From a virus: a stretch of 64,000 nt of DNA. The DNA lies in the IMG/VR virus record IMGVR_UViG_3300042890_005556, one strand, 5' to 3'. Shown piece by piece: positions 57,114-64,000 of the stretch (the stretch's first letter is position 1; each line of letters begins with the position of its first letter). A model generated the notes under the pieces. The model saw only the letters and a program-made list of their open reading frames with translations. It did not search any database and was not told where the DNA came from. A program made the translations under genes and the position numbers.

Positions 57114-58778
57114 TTATTTAATACATTTAGACCATTCTAATTTAAAATGTCCAGCATCCCAATATCTGCGATATCCGTTATTAAACATGTTTTGAGCTTC
57201 AGTCAAATCTGAATCAAAGTTTTCTAATAGCTTTTTAAGCTTGTGCTTCTGGAAACTCTGCCTATTAAAATTTCTATTTCCTCTCATGTATCTATAATTC
57301 GGTTTCGTTTTTGATACAAGCATAAAACCGGCAGCTTGATATGAACCGGCATTGGCACTAAATCGGCGATCAGTATATGTAAAGATGTACTTTGGATCTT
57401 GACGTTTTACGAAATATTGTAACAACCGACTTAGTCCTCCGACAACGACATGATTTAATAAAGTGGCAAACCTCGAGATTTCCCATCCTTTATCAAGACT
57501 GATACATGACATCAGCCTATTATTAAGGAATAAACCATAATATACATCGGCTGGCTTTTTACCTTGTATGTGGTTATTTTTAAAAAATTCTGAAGCTGTC
57601 TCATCGTCTACCTCTGATATAGAACAATTCCTCGCATATATCTTCCGACTTTTACCGAGCCTATGCAATATCATTGATTCGATTATTGATCTCTTATTAC
57701 ACCATTCATAGTCGTATACCTGTATCAGATTTAGCCCCTGTGTATTAGCAAAATCGGCTTTTCTCTGATTTTTATATTTTTCAGAAGTAGACTCCGTTCT
57801 GCCATATGAATGCCAGTATAAACCATGATATTCAACAGCAAATTTCGCATCTGGGACATAGATATCTAATTCATAATTAAACGGCAAAACATCTCTTACA
57901 TTTACATCAACGGCGCCTTCATAGTTATCACTAATGAACTTTGCTATCTCAGATTCAGCATTAGATGAAGAAGCCTCAAAGGCACATTTTGGACATCCAT
58001 TTTTGTAGTGTACATGATGTGAAGGGCGTTGCAGAAAAGATCCATGGCTGGTGCATACTATTTCTACTTTAGACCTCATGTCAATTATTTCTACTTTGGA
58101 ATAATCATAAGTGCCGTCATGGATCATATTAGCATTTTCTAAAAATTCTTCTGTCGAAATATGTCTGTCTTCACGGTATGATCTTTTATTCCAATATTCC
58201 TTTCTTGCTTCCCGGATTTTTGATTTATAGTCTTCATCAGTCTTAAACTTATTCTTTAAAGTCTCAGATATCTTGGATTTAAACGCTTGGTCATTTTTCA
58301 ATAGCGATCCCCTCTCTACGGCCTGAAGACGATATTCTTCACGTTCCCAATTCTTCTTACTATTCTCAGAACGATTTTCAAACGAATATTTTTTGGCACC
58401 AACAAGCGAACTTGACCTCATACTTTCAATATAACTTGGCACCTGTCTTAGACAAGAATTACACAATAGTTTGTCAGTATATCTAGCTTGCCTATTGAAT
58501 GTTCTTATAATCTCAATATACTGGCGTTGGCAAACACATTGACATTCTGAACATCTAAAATCCACCTTTTCTTTACTATTTGGCCTTGCACTAACACCTT
58601 GCAGATTTAGTGCTGGTGACATCCAATCCTTTGTCGACAATTTCAATGACTGTATGATATTGTCCGTCTGCACATAGGAATTTATGTCTAGCGGTGACTC
58701 GTTCTGTGGTTCCATCTTCGAATGTGACCTCAAATACTTCTTGTATACCGGTGTCGTGAATATCAACGCATTTATCAT
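57114..58778 (-). CDS. free-standing homing endonuclease (Vsr/Hef-like nuclease, DUF723-like Zn domain, C-terminal GNAT/Mom-like domain); true start may be 58715 or 58622
   Basis: YDYSKV...C..HG.F...GCPKC; ELDIY.P...AVEYHGLYWH; EISRFA...GGLSRLL...YTDRR...Y...GF; sits between the intein halves. Confidence 0.8.
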   Translation of the reverse strand: MINALIFTTPVYKKYLRSHSKMEPQNESPLDINSYVQTDNIIQSLKLSTKDWMSPALNLQGVSARPNSKEKVDFRCSECQCVCQRQYIEIIRTFNRQARYTDKLLCNSCLRQVPSYIESMRSSSLVGAKKYSFENRSENSKKNWEREEYRLQAVERGSLLKNDQAFKSKISETLKNKFKTDEDYKSKIREARKEYWNKRSYREDRHISTEEFLENANMIHDGTYDYSKVEIIDMRSKVEIVCTSHGSFLQRPSHHVHYKNGCPKCAFEASSSNAESEIAKFISDNYEGAVDVNVRDVLPFNYELDIYVPDAKFAVEYHGLYWHSYGRTESTSEKYKNQRKADFANTQGLNLIQVYDYEWCNKRSIIESMILHRLGKSRKIYARNCSISEVDDETASEFFKNNHIQGKKPADVYYGLFLNNRLMSCISLDKGWEISRFATLLNHVVVGGLSRLLQYFVKRQDPKYIFTYTDRRFSANAGSYQAAGFMLVSKTKPNYRYMRGNRNFNRQSFQKHKLKKLLENFDSDLTEAQNMFNNGYRRYWDAGHFKLEWSKCIK

Positions 58779-60489
58779 TAACCATCAGACCATCATGCAA
58801 CGACTTTAACACTGGCTTCTGACTCGATCTATACCAATCCTCAATAGTCTTGGTTATTTCAGTGGACTGACAAGTTAACATTGTATCTTTGTGAAGACAT
58901 TTGTTAAATGCATACCTGCCGAATGTTTCCATCTTCTCCCACCAGTACGCAGCAGCTTCCTCACCAATAGACTTACCAGCACCCTCAAGCCATTTGGTCT
59001 TAATCGGCTTCAATTTGTGTGTCCACTTCTTAGCCACGGCCTTCCGAGCATCCTGTGATTCAGGACTAGTGAAAGCAGCAAGCCTCTGCCATAGTGCCTG
59101 TAACTGCTCTTGGTAAACAATAACTCCATAGGTGGACTCAAGAACAGATAAAAACTCTGGGTGCAACTTCTCTTTCCATTTATTCAGACTATCATCGCGG
59201 TTAGCCATAGCCTCAGGAATAGATTGCATAGGACCTGGGTGGCCCATAGCATTTAAAAGCATTAAGTCTTCGAAAGACTTCACACCATGTTCTAAGATCC
59301 CTTTGCCATTATCTGTATCAAATTGAAATATGCCATCAGTCTTCTTATCGTTCGCAAGCTTCAAAGCTGCTGGATCATCCATATTTATAAAATGTTTCTC
59401 CCCGCTCTGATCGAAATAAAAGCCGATTATCCTTTGCTCTGGGTCATTATAATCCATGCCCTCAAGATTATCACCAAACGAAATCCCGCGATTTTCTTCG
59501 ATAAACTTGCATGCCTCGAATAGGTACTTCACAGTCTTTAAACCGAGTAGATCCCATTTAACATAACCGAATTTGCTCAACTGAGTGGTTCTGCCCTCGG
59601 TCCACATGCTTACCCAAAAACCCTTTTTACCACTTTTCGCCATTGGAACGTTCCCAAACAATGGCCTGTCAGTAATAATCAGAGCTCCTGCATGCATCCC
59701 CTGATTCCTAATCCGGCCAACTAGCTGCTTGGCGTAGTCAACAACATTCGGGTGTATACGATATAATTCAGCAAGCTCTTTTACTTCTGCTAGAAGCTTA
59801 CCAATGGTCGGGGCCTCGGTATCTGTCTGATTACAAAAAGGGCATATTTTCGCATCATGCACCTTACCGCAATCTTGTTCGGCCCCTTCGATGATGATTC
59901 TACTTTTGCAAACGGAAAACCCGCCTTCTCTCAGATCATCGACTTCATCTGGCATCTCAGTGGTGAAACGCTCTGCCTCGTATCGTGTCATAACACCAAG
60001 TGCCGTAGACACGTCTAAAATCGCACTTCTTAACTTGTAGGTCTGCCAGGTCCCAACAGAGCAAACACTGCCATAAACATCATCAACGTTACTGCCATAA
60101 CGCTGAATCGCATATTCCTTCAAAGGATCTCTAGATTCTGGGATACAATCGATATCGATATCTGGCATGTCAGTATCTTTAGTGATATCTTCAGGATAAT
60201 ACCCATACTTGTTCTTATAACTCATAACACTAGAAGCCGCAATTGAATTAAGCATCGGCGTGGTCCGCTCATAGAACGGATCATCATCAGAAACACCCAA
60301 CAGATACGCTATGAGAAGCCTATTTGGGTTTTTAAGCCCCTTTTGATCAGATTCAGCAACACGTATCCAGTATGCTTCTGTACCCTGTTTTTCAATCTCT
60401 GATATTTCAAACATCAATCTATCAACATACGTGCTGCCTAACGCTTCACCTTTTGGTATCAACGTTTCTTTCATATCATTCCAGGTCAT
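58591..60489 (-). CDS. dnaE: DNA polymerase III alpha piece 2: catalytic core plus split-intein N-half
   Basis: MPDIDID, GMHAGA, KWDLLGL, GIFQF, YGVIVYQEQL, YAFNK followed by C1 of IntN. Confidence 0.93.
   Translation of the reverse strand: MTWNDMKETLIPKGEALGSTYVDRLMFEISEIEKQGTEAYWIRVAESDQKGLKNPNRLLIAYLLGVSDDDPFYERTTPMLNSIAASSVMSYKNKYGYYPEDITKDTDMPDIDIDCIPESRDPLKEYAIQRYGSNVDDVYGSVCSVGTWQTYKLRSAILDVSTALGVMTRYEAERFTTEMPDEVDDLREGGFSVCKSRIIIEGAEQDCGKVHDAKICPFCNQTDTEAPTIGKLLAEVKELAELYRIHPNVVDYAKQLVGRIRNQGMHAGALIITDRPLFGNVPMAKSGKKGFWVSMWTEGRTTQLSKFGYVKWDLLGLKTVKYLFEACKFIEENRGISFGDNLEGMDYNDPEQRIIGFYFDQSGEKHFINMDDPAALKLANDKKTDGIFQFDTDNGKGILEHGVKSFEDLMLLNAMGHPGPMQSIPEAMANRDDSLNKWKEKLHPEFLSVLESTYGVIVYQEQLQALWQRLAAFTSPESQDARKAVAKKWTHKLKPIKTKWLEGAGKSIGEEAAAYWWEKMETFGRYAFNKCLHKDTMLTCQSTEITKTIEDWYRSSQKPVLKSLHDGLMVNDKCVDIHDTGIQEVFEVTFEDGTTERVTARHKFLCADGQYHTVIEIVDKGLDVTSTKSARC
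58594..58899 (-). mobile_element. split intein N-fragment (IntN, 102 aa)
   Basis: CLHKDTML, TG.QEVFEV..EDG, block B VTARHKFL; stops without the C-terminal blocks. Confidence 0.9.
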
Positions 60490-61145
60490 ACATCTTCCTT
60501 TATCTGGATCTGATGGGCTGATTTGATGTGGTTTGTTAAACCAAAGCTGCTAATTGTCTTCTTACCACAGATGTGGCAAGCATATACAGTACCGTCAGTA
60601 GAAATTGGCTTAGCTTTGCAAGTCTTAGCATGCAAAGTATAACCAGACATGGAAGACATGATTTTTCCACAATTAGCACATTTCATGCCATCATTGCCTA
60701 TAGCACACCCTATCATTTTCGATAATGGCTTTTCTCTATCCATCTCATAACAAAGATCTGGTGGTCGCCATTCTTTATTCGATGGCCTGCCTGTAACCCA
60801 GCTCTCATGAATAGGAAGGCTCATTGAGTCTAAGTTAGCATCACTATCAGCGTAAAGTACACCATCAACTGCCCTTATTTTAACGTAGTATAATGGCCTT
60901 CCGTCTTTCACACAAGCTTTTAAGACGTCTTTATACGCTTTATCATCTAACTCTATAATTTTCGAAATCGTGGTTTTGTGAAGTACCAAGCCTCTATATT
61001 CTTCATATTTAAAATCGCTTTTTGCCCAGTATGGCCTTAATGATAGTAAAATGAGTATCTCTTTTAGACTCTTTTCTTCTCCATTAACATAGGTCTTATT
61101 GTTTTCTTCAGTGATTTTATAACCTTTGGGGTTCAAGTCTCGCAT
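60486..61145 (-). CDS. protein with two C-terminal C2H2/C2HC zinc fingers
   Basis: CANCGK......YTLHAKTC and CHICGK.....GLTNHIKSAH. Confidence 0.75.
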   Translation of the reverse strand: MRDLNPKGYKITEENNKTYVNGEEKSLKEILILLSLRPYWAKSDFKYEEYRGLVLHKTTISKIIELDDKAYKDVLKACVKDGRPLYYVKIRAVDGVLYADSDANLDSMSLPIHESWVTGRPSNKEWRPPDLCYEMDREKPLSKMIGCAIGNDGMKCANCGKIMSSMSGYTLHAKTCKAKPISTDGTVYACHICGKKTISSFGLTNHIKSAHQIQIKEDV

Positions 61146-61473
61146 TGTATTTGTATTCTTGGTTTAGAGCAGCAGTTTTTGCCATATCTAACATTGAAAT
61201 ACAATCAGCACCCCACGTTATATCTGTTAAATCGATTCTTAAGTCGTTAGGATTATCAACGTTATATCTAATAGTGATATATGCATCTTTGTGCTTTAAA
61301 GCAGATTTAGCTAATTTAAAGCTCTTAAAAATGTAATCTCCAGAGCCTAAACCTGATGTTATTATGCATTCATTCTGGCTCTGGAGATGTTTCATTCTGA
61401 TAGCACAGCCATAAGAAGGTATCTTATCTTCGATGCATGCTATGCAGATCTCGATATCATATAAATGAGCCAT
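61117..61473 (-). CDS. hypothetical protein, possibly an inactive RNase HI-fold protein
   Basis: Secondary-structure pattern resembles RNase HI, but the catalytic acidic residues are missing. Confidence 0.45.
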   Translation of the reverse strand: MAHLYDIEICIACIEDKIPSYGCAIRMKHLQSQNECIITSGLGSGDYIFKSFKLAKSALKHKDAYITIRYNVDNPNDLRIDLTDITWGADCISMLDMAKTAALNQEYKYNARLEPQRL

Positions 61474-61981
61474 CGACAGCCACTAGCTTAGGATATTGGG
61501 AGCCTGTTTCAGCCGCGAATGCATCGAGAGTACGAGCCACAGCATGTAAAACATGATTTTTTGCAGCTATCTTATCGCTAGAACTACGCCATTTACCTAT
61601 TTCGACAAGAACATTATCAGCTAGTTGCTTAACATTCGAAGGAAATTCTTTCCCTTCTGATTGATAATTGCTGACATAGCTATCGATGATTCCGGTCACG
61701 TATAATGCAGCTGATTCTGTGATATTGTAAGACAAGTGGCTTATTTCTCTGTCTTTACGCTCTTGATTTGTATCTGTGATAAAGTCAATTAGCTTGAGCA
61801 AATAAGCGCAAAGCTGATCACTGACGCCATTCATTATCACTATGTGCGTTCTGACAGCGTGCTTAAGCTCTTCGACCTGAGCATTGCGCCTGTCGCTATA
61901 ATCTTCTTCAATACCAGTTCTTATATCCGCTGGTGCCAAAGCCGTTGGCATGCTAACAGACTGCATTCTTGGATCGTTCAT
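61457..61981 (-). CDS. hypothetical helical protein
   Basis: 174 aa, AGGAGG SD. Confidence 0.65.
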   Translation of the reverse strand: MNDPRMQSVSMPTALAPADIRTGIEEDYSDRRNAQVEELKHAVRTHIVIMNGVSDQLCAYLLKLIDFITDTNQERKDREISHLSYNITESAALYVTGIIDSYVSNYQSEGKEFPSNVKQLADNVLVEIGKWRSSSDKIAAKNHVLHAVARTLDAFAAETGSQYPKLVAVDGSFI

Positions 61982-62020
61982 AGGTACCTCCTGCCATATT
62001 TACTTGCTACCTGCAAAAAA

Positions 62021-63415
62021 TCACTTAAATTCGGGTAGTTTTACATTCAGCAAATAGCCGCCACGACTCGGACTCAAGAATCTGTCGAATGACAAACCCC
62101 ATTTAAGCGGGTCAATGCTAGATATTCCAAGCAGATAGCAAACCAAACTCCCTGGAGCACTGCCACGAGGATAAAACGGAAATCCTAGAGACCTCCCATG
62201 ATCTATTAGGTCATATGTTATTAAAAAATAACTGCTAAAACCTTTCTCGATGAACCGAGTAAGTTCTATTCTGGCTTGCTCTGCATATGTCACAAGCTTG
62301 CCATCAACTGGGAACTTAGTCTTCACCTTATCTAAACCAAGCTCTTTGAGTCTCTTCGTCGCAATACGAATCAATTCTTGGTCTGACTGATCGACAGACG
62401 GAATCTTGGGCGTGGAGTCTACATTTAATTTAGAACATCTATTAGCGATTTCTAGAGTATTATCACAAGCTTTCTGGAAAAACCCATCATCGATACCTTT
62501 GCTGTAGGCATTTTCAGTAAATCTCTCATGTAATTCCTCTCGGGTCTTCATGTACTGCTCATCACTATTAACGTGAAAAAGATCAGGGCTATCAACGGTT
62601 GTCTCCTGTGAAATAGCCATCATGATCTTCTGCAATATAAAATCCTTGCGGTGCATGTAATGACAATCATTCGTGATCACCGACGGTACCTTATAATGAT
62701 CAGCAAGTTCGACCTGCCACCGAAAGACCTTCTCATCATTCTCGACCCCAGGCATTTGTAACTCCATAAAATAATCTTCGCCAAATGCGTCTTTGAATTT
62801 TTTTATATAAGCTGCGGCATCCCTAAAACACTCCTTAGAGCTTCTCTCCCAGACCACATTGTCCTCTTTATCCTTAATACTTCTGAATCTAAGCTCATGA
62901 CTAACTGGTCCGTTTAAGCATCCAGAAAGAATGATTAATCCCTCTTTGTACTCACAAAGCTTTTCAAACCATATCCTATTATACTGTGTAGAGCCGAGTC
63001 CAAACAATCCTGTATCATAAGCCTGAGTAGTGAGCTTTATAAGGTTCTCGACACCAGTCTGATTCTTACATACGACAGTTAAATGCCTGTTCCGGAACAT
63101 CCTTGCAGCGAGCTCTTGATTTTCTTTGCGCCATTCTGGAGACCTATATTTAACACCATCCGCGTGCATTTTCTGTCTTAGCGGCTCATAATCATTATAA
63201 TATATCTCACAACCGACTATACTCTTTAGACCGTATTGTTGAAACGCGATGTACATGTCAGGGACACTACCCATATGACCATGCTCCGTAGCAGCCATAG
63301 CCGGATATCCAAGATTATGACACCTCTCGGCATATTGCTGCGGAGACGATACCCCATCAAGAAAGCTGAAAATAGTATGAGCATGGAGATGGACAAAAGG
63401 AGCGTGCGATTGCAT
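62021..63415 (-). CDS. dnaE: DNA polymerase III alpha piece 1: PHP domain plus start of the polymerase domain
   Basis: VHLHAH..FS.LDG, TEHG, GCEIY, SGCL.G, TNDCHY, RGSAPGSLVCYLLGI..IDP, FDRFLSPSR, then a stop before the DxD motif. Confidence 0.93.
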   Translation of the reverse strand: MQSHAPFVHLHAHTIFSFLDGVSSPQQYAERCHNLGYPAMAATEHGHMGSVPDMYIAFQQYGLKSIVGCEIYYNDYEPLRQKMHADGVKYRSPEWRKENQELAARMFRNRHLTVVCKNQTGVENLIKLTTQAYDTGLFGLGSTQYNRIWFEKLCEYKEGLIILSGCLNGPVSHELRFRSIKDKEDNVVWERSSKECFRDAAAYIKKFKDAFGEDYFMELQMPGVENDEKVFRWQVELADHYKVPSVITNDCHYMHRKDFILQKIMMAISQETTVDSPDLFHVNSDEQYMKTREELHERFTENAYSKGIDDGFFQKACDNTLEIANRCSKLNVDSTPKIPSVDQSDQELIRIATKRLKELGLDKVKTKFPVDGKLVTYAEQARIELTRFIEKGFSSYFLITYDLIDHGRSLGFPFYPRGSAPGSLVCYLLGISSIDPLKWGLSFDRFLSPSRGGYLLNVKLPEFK

Positions 63416-63495
63416 AGAAATGATCGTATCCCTAGTATCAATATTTAATGACTATCAGAAAAACACAAGTACGCATAGATGAAATTCACCTATAT

Positions 63496-63999
63496 TCATT
63501 TTTTATCCCCGTCCTGTAAGGCATCCATAAACCATGATGGAAACAGCCTACCACTTCTCTTAATAAACCCGACAAAGCTCCCATCAATGATATAAGTGTC
63601 AGCATAATCCTCAGGGCCACGGATAGACCTACCGTACGATTGAACCAGCTTTAAAGCAGTAAGCCAAGGAATATAAGCCGGATCAAGCTGATTACGCCTG
63701 TTAAGCTGCTTATTATCGAAAAAATTCGGAAAAGGTACCTTGCTAATGATCTGAAAACGACTCAAATCACCATTCAAGTCGACACCCTCATGCATAGCAG
63801 GAGCAACAAGAATACTGCCGGGTCTGCGAGCATGCAGCTCCAGTAACTCCTTCTTATCAGGAAACATCCTCTGAGTGATAAATCTGTGCCTACTTTGGCA
63901 ACCATCGTAGAGAGCATCAAGAATAGCAAAATTGTGTGTATGAATCATACCACGTTCATCCGGATATCGATCACATATCTCATCAACAACATCTATCAC
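63496..63999 (-). CDS. DinG/YoaA-like helicase, C-terminal part (5' end outside the window)
   Basis: EGVDL.GD.SRFQII.KVPFP, Q..GR.IR...D......D. Confidence 0.88.
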   Translation of the reverse strand: MIDVVDEICDRYPDERGMIHTHNFAILDALYDGCQSRHRFITQRMFPDKKELLELHARRPGSILVAPAMHEGVDLNGDLSRFQIISKVPFPNFFDNKQLNRRNQLDPAYIPWLTALKLVQSYGRSIRGPEDYADTYIIDGSFVGFIKRSGRLFPSWFMDALQDGDKK

Positions 64000-64000
64000 C

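Noticed and set aside
55863-63415. dnaE pseudogene or sequencing frameshifts
   Set aside because: All catalytic motifs are intact, the breaks coincide with intein halves or whole intervening genes, and each piece has its own start.
1-64000. Stop-codon reassignment (alternative genetic code)
   Set aside because: Conserved genes are full-length in the standard code, and TAA, TGA and TAG all terminate genes at expected positions.

Overview
This window is a gene-dense 64-kb segment of a large (jumbo-type) contractile-tailed dsDNA phage, read in the standard genetic code and almost entirely on the minus strand. It has four blocks. (1) A UvsW-like helicase and a class II ribonucleotide reductase, each carrying a LAGLIDADG intein. 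(2) A T4-like baseplate, tape-measure, tube, sheath and neck module with a primase embedded in it. (3) A four-gene glycosyltransferase cluster. (4) A replication and recombination block: HJ resolvase, 5'-3' exonuclease, gp32-like SSB, UvsY-like protein, a minimal PolA, GroES-like protein, DnaB/gp41 helicase, RecA, DnaE and a partial DinG. The main observations are as follows. DnaE is encoded in three pieces: one break is a split intein flanking a free-standing endonuclease, and the other is intein-free with a duplicated segment just before the catalytic DxD. A tandem glycosyltransferase has an N-terminal domain resembling the small protein encoded between the tail terminator and sheath, which suggests a virion-glycosylation system. 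There is a candidate +1/-2 frameshift at UUU_UUU_CGC joining gp26-like and gp51-like ORFs, and a recurrent YAAAnATA candidate late promoter. I saw no capsid, portal, terminase, tRNA or CRISPR array. All assignments come from motif recognition by eye; no database search was run.
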